Notes under the pieces: model-generated | What the model was told of the DNA's origin: nothing | What the model saw: only the letters and a program-made list of their open reading frames with translations | The model's database searches: none | Made by a program: the position numbers and the translations under genes | DNA from: Amoebidium appalachense | Lineage: Eukaryota > Protista > Ichthyosporea | Length of the DNA: 64,000 bases | Direction of reading: 5' to 3' | Assembly (NCBI GenBank): GCA_963693365.1 | Contig: CAVNZM010000009.1 | Coordinates: forward strand, 3,164,231-3,228,230 | Part shown: positions 14,262-40,816 of the stretch, one piece after another | Layout of the letters: every line of letters starts with the position of its first letter | How positions within the stretch are numbered: the stretch's first letter is position 1

Positions 14262-14622
14262 GAGAGAGAGAGGGAGAGAGAGAGAAGAAGAAGAAGAAGA
14301 AGTGATAGAGAGGACAAGGGGGGGGAGGGGGGAAGGGCCTGAGACAAAGAGAGAGGGGACGATTGAGGAGAGAGCGAGGGAGCGAGGGAGCAAGAGCGAG
14401 GGAGACGCAGGGAAAGAAAGAGACAGGGTGTGTGTAACTGTATGTGAGCACGTGTGTGTTTGCGCGCCTGATGCCAACGTGATGGTGGAGAGTAATAGGG
14501 AGTAGTAGCCGGCAACTGCAAAAACACACATGCATGTATGTACCGTAACTTAAGTGCTGGGAAAGGAAAGGTTGAGACCGGGTGGGGGAGAGCGGGAAAC
14601 GGCAGGGGGACGCCGGCGTCGG

Positions 14623-14661
<39 letters not shown>

Positions 14662-15298
14662 CGGCTTTCCTCCCCTTGCCCCCTCCCCCAGCTCCCGGCC
14701 GAAAAGCTGACAAAGAAAGAGGCACTTCACTGCCTCTCCTAGTTATTTTGGAGGCCAAAGGCAGAACTCACATAATCTCTCCAGGGGGGACTGGGCCGGA
14801 AGGGGGATTTAAGGGAGAACGGGGGGAGGGGGGGGGGGGGGGAGGGGGAATGGGGGGGGGGGGGCTATATGCCCTCCAGCCTCCGACGGTGCACGTTTTA
14901 ATAATTAGGTCGATATATGTTATGGCTTTGGGATTGAGAATGCACAACCGTTGCAGCGTGGGCGGTACGCTCGTGCACACTCTCACTCATGTCTATGCAG
15001 TCACGGCATAGAAGCCGGGGTGTGGGTCACCCAGTCCGCCCCCTCCCTCCCCCCTACCCTTCCTCCCCTTTCCCTCAGCTAACCAGAAGGGTGGGCTCGC
15101 TCCTGTTCAGATTCATGAGTGCCCCTCCGGGGCCCTTCGCTCCCCTCCCTTCCTCCCTCCCTCCCCCCCCCCCCCCCTTTCTCTCTCTGCAGTTGCAAAT
15201 TTTTTTTACTCAATGTAGTATTAGCCCATCAGTCCTTGATTCAGAATTCACCATGTTATATCCGAAGCCTGAGTTTCATCACCTTTTCTTTTACATAC

Positions 15299-15399
15299 CA
15301 AGTGTCACTGAGCAAGATACTGGTGATGCAGTAAAGTTTAGAGGCACGTGCACATGCCTCTAAATACTGCATCGCCAGTATCTTGCTCAGTGACACTTG
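15299..15399. repeat. Near-perfect, loopless palindrome (about 50-bp arms)
   Basis: caagtgtcactgagcaagatactggtgatgcagta...ttagaggcacgtg|cacatgcctctaaatactgcatcgccagtatcttgctcagtgacacttg. Confidence 0.9.
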
Positions 15400-15411
15400 T
15401 CAGTTTTATTA

Positions 15412-15740
15412 AGTTGAGTTTATCCAAATTGAGTTTGTCCAAATTGAGTAACTCTACAGGTGATGGTGTTACATTGAACACCGGTGCGGTGTTACATTGA
15501 ACACCGGTGCCATCGGCATTAAAGTCACTAATAATCACTGATCAGACACAAACAGGCTCTGAATTCAAGAAAATTAGTCCAGTTTTTTTGAGTTGAGTTT
15601 ATCCAATTAATTGAGTTTGTCCAAATTGAGTAACTCTACAGGTGATTGTGTTACATTGAACAGCGGTGCCATCCGCATTAAAGTCACTAATAATCACTGA
15701 TCAGACACAAACAGGCTCTGAATTCAAGAAATTTAGTCCG
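15412..15740. repeat. Tandem duplication of an ~150-170 bp unit next to the palindrome
   Basis: gttgagtttatccaa...ttgagtaactctacaggtgat...cattaaagtcactaataatcactgatcagacacaaacaggctctgaattcaagaaa occurs twice (about 15412-15580 and 15590-15740). Confidence 0.85.
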
Positions 15741-15959
15741 AGACGCCTTAAAATATGATATACAATATCATTATGTTAACGGTTGATGATAATGTACAAT
15801 ATGGATGACCGATGGAATATTACAAACACACAACAGAAAAATCATTTCCAAATATGGGGCGCTCTGGGATCCGTGAGGGTGGTGGGGGATGGTTTAGACC
15901 TGATAAGAGCTTGGAGCGATGTATGCGGCAACAAGAGAGCTCATGGGGAGAAAAGGGGG

Positions 15960-16000
<41 letters not shown>

Positions 16001-16257
16001 GGATGGAGGTGTGTGTGTGTGCGTGTGTATGTGTACCATGGTGCATGTGTGCGTGCTTGTGTTTTTATTCTGTAGGGGGGTGGGGATGGGGGGGGGGGTG
16101 TCCGAGGCTTTCGCAGGTACTAATGTTAAGTTTATATAGAAACAGAACAACGTGCACACCACCAATGGAAAAAATTGCATCTTCATCGAATTATCCGCGC
16201 TAATTTAGTGCTTACTAGCTCACAAACTTAGAACATACATGTGGGAGTCAGATAAAT

Positions 16258-16568
16258 TTACAAAATTCGGGAGCAGATATCCAACTCGGTCATAATATCT
16301 CCACGGCCCAGGCCGGGCGTGTGGCCAGCCATCAACTCTGTGCTCTGGCCCACAGCAAAGATGATGTAGGCACGACCCTTGGTCTGTGAAATATGAATAT
16401 ATCCAAGTCAGAATGTATCCCATGCAATTATGATAAAATACACAAGTCATATGCCATGGGGTCATTATTGCAGTAAAACGGTTATTCTTCAACTCAAATG
16501 ACTCCCAAGAAACCTCTAAGTTTGGGGGCTAGAGCATTGTGGGGGGGACTCGGGGGGGGGGGGGGAGG

Positions 16569-16627
<59 letters not shown>

Positions 16628-17321
16628 GGTTGCTGAGGTATTGGGGACCGTGTAACATTTACTTGGCATGGGGATAGGAGGGGTGGGGTAGGGGTGGGGG
16701 TCGGGTTGGGGGTTGTGGGTTGGGGGGGTTGTGGGGGGGGGGGGGGGGGGGGGGCACATACGACAAGGTATTCCTTTGCTGCGTTGGCATCGATTTTGCG
16801 GGAGAAAGAGAGAACGGTGGTGTTGGAGACGAGGGCTGCACTGCCTGACTGCAGCAGCGTGTTGTTGGCCTGTTAAAGAAAGAGGTGTTAAGTTTCTTTC
16901 TGTTCTGAGTCAGGGCTTTTTCTTCTTAAGGCTTCTTCTTCTTCTTCTTCTTTTTTTTTTTCTTTTTTTTTGGGACGGGAGGCAGGTGAATGGGAAGGGA
17001 ACTCAGTGGCGGTGGGGGAGGGGGGGGGGGGGGGGGGGGGGGGGGGTCACATGCCTTCATGTTTACTTCTGTCATGGATAGGATGGAATATTCGGCCACG
17101 GTACCAGTGCTCAGGTTGCCGATAAAAGCATTGGACGGGAACATCTGGTCCAATGAGTCGGTAAAGCCAACGGCAAACCTGTGATATTTGGCCAAATTGA
17201 AGGGTGATGACCCATGCGTAATTAGTGAATGGTGGAATAGCTTGGGGAGGAAAAAGTGGTAGGTGGGGTTCAGTGTATGTGTTAGAGTCCCCAATTGCAA
17301 GGCAGCGGCGGCGGCGGTGGC

Positions 17322-17354
<33 letters not shown>

Positions 17355-18796
17355 GGCTGGTCGCTAGGAATCGAGAGCTGAAGAAACGAATCTCACTTGT
17401 GGAAAGAAATTGAACAAAGTCACTGAGGTTGAAAGGTTGATGCGTGTTTGTGTGTACCTTGTTTTCGTTTAAGTTTTACAGTGTGCCTCTCTCTTTCTCT
17501 CCGTGTGGTTTTGGTGTGTATGTGTGGGAGAGGTCCCGGGGGGGGGGGGGGGGGGGGGGGGGTGGGGGGGGGGGGGGGGAAGGGGGGGGAGTCTTGAGGG
17601 GGGGGGGGGGGGGGGGAGGGTAATCACCATCCCACAGCCGAGCGGTTGAGGGTGGCAGTCATGTTGATGACGTCATCCACAATTGTCCAGTTAAGGGTCA
17701 CACCCTTTGCCAGTGCAATCTCGCTGCTCACAACACCATTCTTCTTTGCGCACGTGTGGCGAAGAACTTTGGGGGCACCGGGGATCCGGGTCAGGTTGGT
17801 TTCGGGTCGGGTTAGGCTGCACAGGTTCAGCTGGGTGGTGAAATCCCCGCGGCCCATATCGGGTTTGTGGCCGTTGGCAAGGACGGAGGAATTGCTCCCG
17901 GCCCAGATGGAATAGACAAGACCGGTGGCCTGTGGGTTAAGATTTAGGTTATTTTCGGTGTTATCTTCTGGATTTTTATCTAGTAGATAGATGGAATACA
18001 CGTTTGATATCGATGGAATACACGTTTGATATCTACTGGGTATTTCTCCAAAATAATAAATAATTTCTTCAAAATGAATAAAAGATTCCGCTAGCCTTGA
18101 TAATAAAATCTCCTGATGTGAGTACATATGGTGTCAAACGTTTACGTAGGGTTAATAGTTATTTGGGGGAGCACGCGCGTGACAACCAGAGGCACGAATG
18201 AGCGAGGGGTCCCAGAACAATTAGATAGCTTCTTAAGTTTCTTATTTAAGTACATATGGTGTCAAACGTTTATATAGGGTTAATAATTTATTTGGGGGAG
18301 CACGGGCGTAACAACCAGAGGCACGAATGAGAGAGGGGTCCCAGAACAAGGGGCAGAGAAGGGGAGGGGCGGGGGAGGGGTGGAGGGGGGGTAGGGGTCT
18401 TACATTGAAAAAGTCTCCGGAGCCGGGGTTCAATTTGCGGACGAAAGAAATGGAGGCGGTGTTGTCTGAGAGAATAGCCTTGCCACTGATCAGGAGAGAC
18501 TGGTTGGCCTGTGAAGGGGGAAAGAGGTGGAAGGGAGCGGGTGCCGGGGGGGGGGGGGGGGGGGGGGGGGAGGGTTAAAAGAGGAGCAAAAAGAATATCA
18601 TGACAGAGCTTGAGTTATTCCCTGGGCAGACGGGCGGTCTGCTACACTATGTACTGAGGTAGTAATGGGAGTGGTAGAGTAGTCTGTGTGGGTAGTCTGT
18701 GCGGGATCAAACAAAAGGGGAAAAAGCACAACACGATGAACCCAAAACATATTCCGGGGCATATAAGAGGGCAAGGTGGATGTTTTTTTTTTTTTT

Positions 18797-18827
<31 letters not shown>

Positions 18828-19394
18828 GTTTGAATGCGTTAAAAAGTACGAAGTACACAAGAACAAACGGATAACACGGGGAAGGGGCAAGGGGGTAAGG
18901 GTGGGGGGCAGGGAGGGGCAAAGGGAGGGAGACAAGAACAAAGACATGAAAAGCCTTTACCGAGTCGTCGAATATTTCGATAGGAACAGTTGTTACACGG
19001 CAGCCTGGCGAGAAAACGAGCCACAAGATTTGACAGGAAATTTTAGAAGGGGGGTCCAAAGAGTGAGGGCGATGGGATGAAATTGGGGGGAGGGGGTAAG
19101 CCCTGGGGGGGAACCTACTTTCTTGGTGACCAAATTCGGTGTCATGCCATCCAGCGAATATTCCTCCACGGTACCAGTGCTCATGTTGCCGATCATCACC
19201 GAGGCAGGGAACATTTGATCGGGTGCGCTGGTGAACCCAGCCGCAAACCTAATGGCGGGTAAGAGGGGGAGAGGGGGTTAGCATGTGTTACATTTTACGA
19301 AAAGCACAATAACGCCATGGAAAACGCAAATCCAAAGTGGAAAGTCCACCCAAAGACTCTGACTGTGTGTAGAAGAAGGGGGTGGGGCGGGGGG

Positions 19395-19436
<42 letters not shown>

Positions 19437-19676
19437 GGAGGAGGGGAAAGAAAAGGCGAAAAAAGGATAAACCTCAGCAAAGACTTGGAATTTCGCTACG
19501 TGTGAGCCCCCCACCCCCCCCACCCCCCCCCAAAAAAACCAAAAAAAACAAACCAATAACTTGACATAAATTTTGGTAACTGATCAAAGTTTACTGTTAC
19601 ATTTACACACACCACGTGGCATGTGCGCACGTTGGGCGCATGCGCACGCTTACACATACAAACAAACAAACAAACA

Positions 19677-19716
<40 letters not shown>

Positions 19717-20035
19717 ATCCGCTGAACACGCCGTGGTACGTCGCGTTCATGTACAGAGTCCCATTGCTGATGTGCCACGTCCAAGTCACAGGCTTCTTAG
19801 TCGACACCTTAGTCACGTGATTCCCATCCTCCACAGAGCACACGTGATTTATGACTTTAGGCTCTCCCGGTACCCCCGTCAACTTGATTGGCGCACGGTA
19901 CTGTGTGCATTTTTCCGCATTCACGTCGACAAAGTGAGCAGTGGCCAAGAGCTCATCGGATTCGTCTTCTTCGTCGTTGTCGGCGGATGCGGAAATGAGG
20001 GTCGTGGGTTTGCCGGACTGTTTTTTTTTTTTTTT

Positions 20036-20066
<31 letters not shown>

Positions 20067-20509
20067 GGTTAGTAATGGTGGTCACTGCGTGAATCTTCTT
20101 TCCCCCCCCCCTTCAAGTTCTTTCTTTTTTTTTTTTGTGGGGGGGGAGTGGGAAGGGAATGGAAGGGGGGGGAGGGGAGAGGGGGTTACAAGAATGACGA
20201 AGGGAACGAGGGAGCAAAGCTGGCTGATTAATTCTTTTTCTAAAAAAATAGAAAGAGAACAGACCAAGTCAAAGGCCCAGAAGCCTTGGGTGTATAGTGT
20301 GTAGCACACCGGGAAGGGACGGATTCGGTATGTACAGCGGCAAGGTGAATTTGGGGAGCAGCGGCTGTGGCGGGGGCGAGGGGAGGGGGGGGTGGGGGGT
20401 GGGTGAGGATATGAAAGAATATGTTGTGTACTCTAGAGGACTTATCGTGGCACGAGCTAAAGGAGCCGGAGTGGGAGATGGCTGCTGTGCGTTGTGTGTT
20501 GGGGGGAGA

Positions 20510-20542
<33 letters not shown>

Positions 20543-22692
20543 GATGGGGTGGGAGGGGTGGGGTTGGGGGTCACGGGGAAGGTGGGGGGTGGGGGATGGG
20601 GGGGGGGGCACCTTAGCCAAGTCAAAGATCAGATGGAGGGTAGAGGTTCCATTTTCAGACGTGACGGTGCCATTCAGCAGCGAGGTCTCGTTCGATCCCT
20701 GGATGCAGGATTGTGATTTAGCCTACTGTTTGGGTTGAATTTTTGTGTCCGAAGAAGCGAAACACGGTTAGTTCAAGTTGTTGCCTCCGTATTAAGTTTT
20801 CTGTGATGTATTCGGATTTGAAACTCAGGAGGTCCGTGAATTACCGCTTGGCGAGCGCCAAGTTAACGAAAAAGGGAGGTGTGTTTTGCTTCTCAGTCAG
20901 TTTTCATGTTATGTGAGGTGTAGCCCGGCTAGTAAAAAGTCCTCCTAGATTCATGGGGGGTCGGGGGTCCGGGGGAGGGAGGGGGGGGGGGGGTAGGCAG
21001 AGGTTGAGGGTAGGATGTTGAAGGCCAAATTTCAAGTCGCAACCCCCCCCCCCCCCCTCTTCCTCTTCATTTTTTTTATTGAAGATGTCGGAGTTTCTCT
21101 TTTGTCATAGTGGTGTGTGTGTGTGTGTGTGTAAGGTGAAGGGGGGGGAGGTTTCTGGCACCTTCCCCAGTGGGCTGACGGTGCCGTTGGCCAGGCGGTA
21201 TTCCTGGACGGTGGCATTGATGACGTCACCAACCACAACCTGGCCCAGCAGGCTCAGGGGGTCGCTGCTGTTGCCACTCGCTACACCCACTGAAATCCTG
21301 AAAAACAAAAAAGAAAGAAAAGAAAAAGAAAAAGAAAGAAAGAAAGGAAGAAATAAAGGAAAAGAAAGCGGGAAAAGAAAAGCAAGCGGGAAAAGAAAAG
21401 CAAGAAAGGTCAGTGAATACAACATACAACGATAGATACGATTCTAAGTATGTAATGTGGGACGAATAAAAAATAAACCAAGTTTAGTAGATTACTCAGT
21501 CGGACTAAAGTCTCTGCAGGGACGCAGAGGGAGTTGGATCATTTTGTTCGCACAGTGACCCTGTGAAAGATCACTGAAGATTCGCTGCTCCCCCCCCCCC
21601 CCCTTCCCCCAGTTTGCCTTAACCCCCCCCCCCCCCCCCCCCCCCCTTAAAGCTTTGTTGTTCTCAGTCACCATCTTCGCCTGCACTGAACCCGGTCTCC
21701 GAGTCAGATCTGAGCAACCACAAAATCTTCACTCGTGTGTTAAAAATGAAACTTACGAGTCTGTTGAATCGTTGAAGCTGGCGTTAAGTTGCATCTGCGT
21801 GCCCTCAATCCTCCACGAGAAGGTGACCCTCTTAACCGTTGTGATGGAAGATGTGACTACCCCATCCTGATTGGTACACGTGTGCTTGGTGATGTTGCCA
21901 GCTGGCGGGAGGGAGATTGATTGGTTGAGGAGTGGCGACGCTGTGGCATTAACGGTGCTGTTTGATTGGCTGGGCACTGCGTTGGTCGTCTCGGTCTCAG
22001 AACCGAGCGTGCCACACGCTAGCAGCAAGGGGAGAAGGAACCTGGGATGTGGACATAATGTGGTAAGTAACACTGTCACACTTAACAATAGTGCCATTAT
22101 GAGCCAGGTGATCACGATGCACGTTAATTTACTATTACCATTTATGAATAGAATGAATCATGTATATGATTCGAGCATAGTGCACTGACCGTCAGTACGT
22201 GTGCTATACTATGGTGAGTGCAGTACTAATAATAACATGATGTTATCTGATTCAGTACTAGTGATTCAACCATTAGCACCGTGTCAGACTCAGCGGCTAC
22301 CATCATGGCACTGTGTTATGAATATTCTAAGCCTCAGACTCATCAATGAGCATCACACTGTAACTTATAACGCCAAATTTAAACGTTATATATAACTTTC
22401 CTCTCCAGACGTTTATATGGCTAGACTTGCGTGATATTTTTTTGGCTTATGATCATTCGAAGGCCCTGTACGTGCGTGATATTTTTTTGGCTCATGATCA
22501 TTCGAAGGCCCTGTACGTGCACTAACGGCCTTGCCATCATTGTGCACACACATGCATATAGAGTGCATGCATTTGCAACAGCACTGGGAACGGGTTGGCC
22601 AATTGGGCCACCGGGAAAGAGCACACCCGGAACCTTAGTTAGCAGTGCCACACGCACACGGTGATCATGACTTACTTTCGTGACAAAGACAT
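16258..22692 (-). CDS. Secreted triple-DOMON-domain protein, copy B, intact; exons 22692-22676, 22041-21757, 21297-21162, 20698-20612, 20017-19716, 19248-19119, 18508-18404, 17929-17628, 17178-17055, 16869-16762, 16383-16258
   Basis: Continuous frame MSLSRKFLLPLLLACGTLG...WFAAGFTSAPDQMFPASVMIG...IWAGSNSSVLANGH...WFAVGFTDSLDQMFPSNAFIG...IIFAVGQSTELMAGH...ELDICSRIL*. Exon-by-exon paralog of copy A, with many N-X-S/T sequons. The micro first exon is inferred from phase and a GTAAGT donor. Confidence 0.85.
18828..18880 (-). repeat. Partial copy of dispersed intronic repeat
   Basis: Reverse complement cgtgttatccgtttgttcttgtgtacttcgtactttttaacgcattcaaa-poly(C) is nearly identical to 37121-37170 and 39140-39190. 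Confidence 0.85.
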
Positions 22693-22849
22693 GTTGATGT
22701 GAGGCGTTCAGGACACTCGTGTTGATGCAGTCAGAGCTTGAACGATGCCCGAGAGTCGCCAACGCCGAGATTCTCCGCCCTGGTAAGCGTTGGTAGCCAC
22801 AAGGGGATTGATTGTTCAAGTGTGCCACTTTAGAGTTGTAAACGTCGCG

Positions 22850-22856
22850 TTTTATA
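22850..22856 (-). promoter_or_regulatory. Putative TATA box of DOMON copy B
   Basis: TATAAAA on the minus strand about 160 nt upstream of the ATG at 22692, with CCAAT motifs further upstream (about 23198 and 23231). Confidence 0.4.
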
Positions 22857-24294
22857 CCCGTGCGGAGGAAGGCGAATGCCGCCGCAGCGCACGTGCGTGA
22901 TCAGTTCTGATGCCACGTCCGTGGACGCACTTCGTGCGTACTGTATCAAGAGCGTGTTGATATAGCGTAATATAAAATGCATTTGCAAGCTTCAAAGCAA
23001 GAATAATGATAAGAAAGATCCATGGATGACATGGAGAATCAGAAGAAGAAACTGGAAAGAAAAACGATTTGACTGTCGTCACGTTTTAGCCAAATACCAT
23101 CTGCAGTACAGCTAAAATCAATTTAAGTGTGGACGGTCATCTTGTTTACTGTGCAACGCGCGTTTACTATTGGCTTCAAGATTATACGGAAATCCGATTG
23201 GTTAAAAGTTATATAATTGGACCTCAGATGATTGGTCTGTGCAACGGCAATCCTTGGGGTTCTCCCCATCACCAAATCTGTTTTTCTTCGCGATTCTAAA
23301 CCATAATTTCTGCTATGCTAATACACACATCATGCCTCTCCCATGAACCTCTTTTCAGAGCTTTACAGTAGTTATGGCCCAATTATGGCGCCTTATTGAG
23401 GCAAGAGCGCAAAACCCTTGCATTCAATACACATGTACACCGCCAGCCGTTGCTGCAGCTTGCTTTGGGCCACGTTCAAAAATATTTGGCAACTCCCTGA
23501 GTCGAGATCACGATCATGAAACGGTTACGTGAGCACTGCGACGTGTCACGTGAGCACAAAGCAGTTATAATATACGAATTCGAATTCTCAGACTCAATAA
23601 TTACGATAATGAGCGTGACACCGTCAGACTCACTATGCGACTCACAGTCAGAGACTCTGACAGAGAGTGACCAGGTTAAAGTTGAAATGCCAAATCTTCA
23701 AATGAGCTCACCCAAATATCCAAATAACCAAGGTGAGAAAAGTGTTTATACATTCAGCACGGCCATGTGGCTTGGCAACGTGTAGCTACACAGCTGTACG
23801 TGAAACTTGAATTGCTGATGCTCAGGAATCCGGCGGTCACGCACGACAAGAACTCAGCAGAACTACAGTAAAAATCTTGAAGAAGGGCACTTCTTATGGA
23901 ATCGAAGAGTACGATTATCACGATAAATACTAGTAAACCTAAAGTGGGAATTCAGAATAAAGAATATCCACGGCCCATTGTATGGCCATGGGACTCGAGT
24001 GAGCACGGACAGAAATGCCGTGTGTGACTGTGTAGTTACGTATACGTTCAAGGCTTACGTACGTAAATACTGGGCGAAGCAAGGCTTGGAAGGGAGTGCT
24101 TCAAGGGACGTACGCGTTCTGCCACGTGGCGGGGCCTGATCAGAATCTGATCGGAACGTCGCTGCCACGCGTACGGCGCACGCACGTACGTCAGCCAACG
24201 TACCTCATATGCGCCAGTGATGCACGATGCATATCATGTGCACAATGCAGCTCCACGAATCAATGCCATGGCATGCCGAGTGCACGTGTCGCGT

Positions 24295-24379
<85 letters not shown>

Positions 24380-24570
24380 TTACGCTGTTTACTCGAGGCA
24401 AAGAGAACCAGTCTCAGGTATGGGGGGGGGGGGTTTTGCTCGGAATATCCCCTCAGCGGTATATCATGATCACGTACATAGATGTCGGGTGGTGACTATA
24501 TATCAGGGTTTACTTTCTCTACGAGACACCATAAAGACTACAAGGAGAAATCAATTAGTTGGGGTTCCCC

Positions 24571-28330
<3,760 letters not shown>

Positions 28331-29037
28331 CACTTACTAAGTAGGCTACACTTGGGTTGACATGTGTGATCAGACTTCATTAATTTACTTTAGTTTTCAT
28401 GTGTTGCCGTGCTTTAACAAACTTTTCAAGGTTAAGTGTGGTATGTCTGAGTCTTTGCAGTGTGTCATAGGTTAGAACTTTCCCTCGCTTCCTCGATAAT
28501 GACACGAGCTGATCTTCGCTAGTGTCTGTGCCCTATCAAGTACATGTCCGCGTACCGGATCTCTCTGAAAGTTAGTTCTTAGTGATTGGTTTCTTTAAGA
28601 GACAGATCTGATTTCCGACTGGACGTCGGAAATCGCGGATAGATTTGACTTGATTATAAGGGAGTTTCGAGTATATATACGAGATCGAAATAAATTTAGT
28701 TTAGTTGTGTCGAAACATTGATGTCTGTTGTGTACACTGCTCCGATCGTTCCGTGTTTTTGTTGTTGTGTGTCTGTGGTGTTTTTACACTGCACCACCGT
28801 GTCTCTGCTTTCCTTCCCAGTCCCAAATACTTATATAAATTTTACACAAATCCCAACTAAGGAAGTTGCTAAGCTTGCAATTGAAAGCTGAGTTAACAGG
28901 TACTGTTCGCCAATAAGGACCCCCGGTCTAAAATGTGGTTGCGGTGCCCCCGCGTATGTTCTTGTACAGTTCTTAAATTTTTTTTCCGGCAGAACCACTG
29001 CGCATGTCATGTCATTATTACCATCATACCCCACGGT

Positions 29038-29070
<33 letters not shown>

Positions 29071-29150
29071 GGGCCCGGGGACGCTCTATCGAAAATTGGG
29101 GTGGAGGTCAGCGGGAAGTGGCCGAGTGCCTGGCCTGGGAAAGACCCAGG

Positions 29151-29231
<81 letters not shown>

Positions 29232-29582
29232 CTCCATGTTTAAGTGCGCCGGTGGCGCCCCGGGGGAGGGAGGGGGCTTAGTGTTACGGTTCGCGAGGGA
29301 AGGGGGTGGGGGGGAAGGGGGAGGAGAGGGGAAAGGGTCCGGAGGGAGGGGGGCCTGAGGGGAGATTTTCGACCAACCCGCTAAATTGGAAATGAACATC
29401 CCAAAAACTGGGCGTCCCTAAAAAAAGAACACCACTTAGCAGACTGTTCTTATGAAGTTGGCTGGGATCCATAATGACGTAAACCCAAGGAGCGTCGCAT
29501 TGAGCCAAACAGTTTACCGTTAGAAGAATCCCCGAGTCCTCCCGCTCCCCCCCCTCCCCCCCTCCCCCCCCCCTCCCCCTCC

Positions 29583-29613
<31 letters not shown>

Positions 29614-30342
29614 AAAACAAAGAAAAACAAACAAAAAAAACAGCATAATATCATTATAAGGCATCTCCGAAACTGACTTAGCCTAAGGCTGCAGCAATGT
29701 GAATTTATACTGTTACGATCCCACAAAAGTGGTTTTCAAGAGTCTGTCGTAAAATTTGTATCTCTTGAACACCACATTGTCAAACGGTTAAAAGTTTGTA
29801 GCCTCATTTGTACATCATCAGTCTGTATTTAGTTATGTGGTAGTCCTGCACCGGGCCTTTACTGGCTGTCAACGGTGAAGATCTGAGCCAAATATTACTA
29901 ACAAAAAAGATTAAGCTTTTATGGGTAGACATTATCTGAACCGCAACATTATAAGGTGCGAAAAATCGGCTACTATTGACGACGGGGAACATCTACCATC
30001 ATGCCTCCCCCCTCCCCCCTCCTCCCCCCCACCCCTTCCGGGCACATGGAAACACAGACCCACTCCGACAAACATCCAAACGTGAGGGAGTCCATCCTCA
30101 CAACCCCCCCCCCCCCCCCTCCCCCCCCCCTCCCCCCCCCCCCAACCCCCCCCCCCCAACCCCCTCCCCCTCAGTGTTCCCTCCGCACGGCCACCCCATC
30201 ATGGCTCTCACCCAGTTTCCAAACTACCGTTGAATTTGTTTCCTCCCTATGACTGGTCATCATTCGTACATTGCCACCTTCCGCTGTCCCGTCCTCCTTT
30301 CCCACCTTAAACTGTGACCCTCAGGGCCGTCAGGAACGGGTT

Positions 30343-30385
<43 letters not shown>

Positions 30386-30990
30386 TTCACCTTTCCTCCC
30401 TGCCTGGAGGGCCTCCGAGAGCACAAACTTTTCCTATTCCCTGCCTGAGTTGTACCGTACTCGGAGGTCTTTCACCGAGTCACAGCACTCTGGGAGGCTC
30501 AGGACGTTGCTTGCGTGGTGAAGGATTTTTCACGTTATGAGTAGATGCACGGCCTGGAGAGGGGGAGCTCCCGGGAGAAAGGAGGGGGCTCATTACTCAA
30601 CATACGGCCGGAAGCTAAGGGGAGGAGTCTCAGAGGGGTGTGTGGGTGGGGTGTGTGTGTGGGGGGTGGAGGGGGGGGGGGGGGAGGGGGGGGTGACTCG
30701 GACCCGGAGAGGAATGCCTATGACCGTGCCGGCGGCATATATTCAAGCCTCAGTGTTAGTCACGGGGACTCGAAATAAACATGGCAAAAGGGATGCCATT
30801 GGTTAGTATGTAAGAAACAGAAAAGTAATGATTTGTTTTGTCAATCATGACTCGCCGCTGGCAGTCGCACGGGGCTTATGATATTATTCTCAGGACCATG
30901 TGCAGTTACTCCGATTACTAAAACCGTTTTTAAAAGCCTCTTTTTGTGTGGAACGCCTGGGGGGGGGGGGGGGGGGGGGGGGAGGGGAGG

Positions 30991-31027
<37 letters not shown>

Positions 31028-31033
31028 GGGAGA

Positions 31034-31272
31034 AGCAGAACTATTCAGCAAAAACTGTTGAATTAGTTAGCAAAAAGCAGAAATTCGTTAGAATAGTTAA
31101 CTTCAATGATTCTGCAAAAAGCAGAGTTATCCAGCAAAAGCAGAAATATTCCGCTCCGAGCAAAATCATGCTGCAAAAGGCAGTATCATACCATTGGCAA
31201 CGATTCTGCTTGGAGCACAAATTATTTTCCTGCCCTGAGCAGAATATTAATTTAGAGTCTGCAAAAAGCAAA
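31034..31272. repeat. Degenerate GCAGAAT/ATTCTGC-subrepeat element (related copy at about 61741-61890)
   Basis: Multiple gcagaa..ttc / ttctgc..aaaagcaga units at both loci, typical of subterminal repeats of non-autonomous DNA elements. Confidence 0.5.
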
Positions 31273-31277
31273 GCACT

Positions 31278-31483
31278 GCCATTGAAGGGCCCAGGCCATT
31301 GCACACACGTTTGTATCAACTTGCTCCGTGCAGAAACACCCTCAGGTAACATTCATAAGTATTCTTTGAATCAGAGTTACTCTGCCTTCAAGTTAGCAGA
31401 ACTATCATGTTTTACACAGAGGGCGTTTCTGCACGGAGCAAGTTGATACAAACAGTGTGCAACGGCCTGGGCCCTTCAATGGC
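31278..31483. mobile_element. MITE-like / foldback element with ~65-bp inverted arms (31278-31343 and 31419-31483)
   Basis: gccattgaagggcccaggccattgcacacacgtttgtatcaacttgctccgtgcagaaacaccctc versus its near-exact reverse complement. No clear TSD. Confidence 0.75.
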
Positions 31484-32007
31484 TTACCCCCCCCCCCCCC
31501 CCCCCCCCCCCCCTTCCCCTCCCCCCGGGGGGCCGGGGGTCCCAGGCCCTCAGCCCAAATTTTAAAACCCGGCCACCCACCCACGAGGCTCACGACTCCC
31601 ACCACCACCACCTTCACCCTACACAAGTAAAAACACAAACATACACACTGATTGCCAGGGAGACTGTCGCGCCAACCCGCCGGGGCTTCCACTCAGTGCG
31701 CGAGCAGTGTTTGGGGCCGGGGCCCCAGCCCATATGCGCATGCATCTCGATGGTGGTGACGTCATTGTGGAACACAGTGTTCCGGACTACGTCAGCCGGC
31801 GGCACTGATTGAATAAATAATACCCTTCTGACGTCTAACAGCCCTTCCCGGCTCGGTCTGTTACCTGAATTTATGGGACTCTGCTTGAGAGGCGAGTGTA
31901 ACGGGGGGGGGGGCACAGCATACAGAATAGACGCACACTGTGACTACTGGGACCTCTCATAATCAGATAAAGTTTCTTCATTTTCCCCGGTTGGGCTAGT
32001 AGGAAAA

Positions 32008-40816
<8,809 letters not shown>

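Noticed and set aside
21753-22115. ORF-track N-terminus MITWLIMALLL... as the start of DOMON copy B
   Set aside because: An acceptor at 22042 matches the paralog's exon 2 start, and a phase-matched micro-exon exists upstream.
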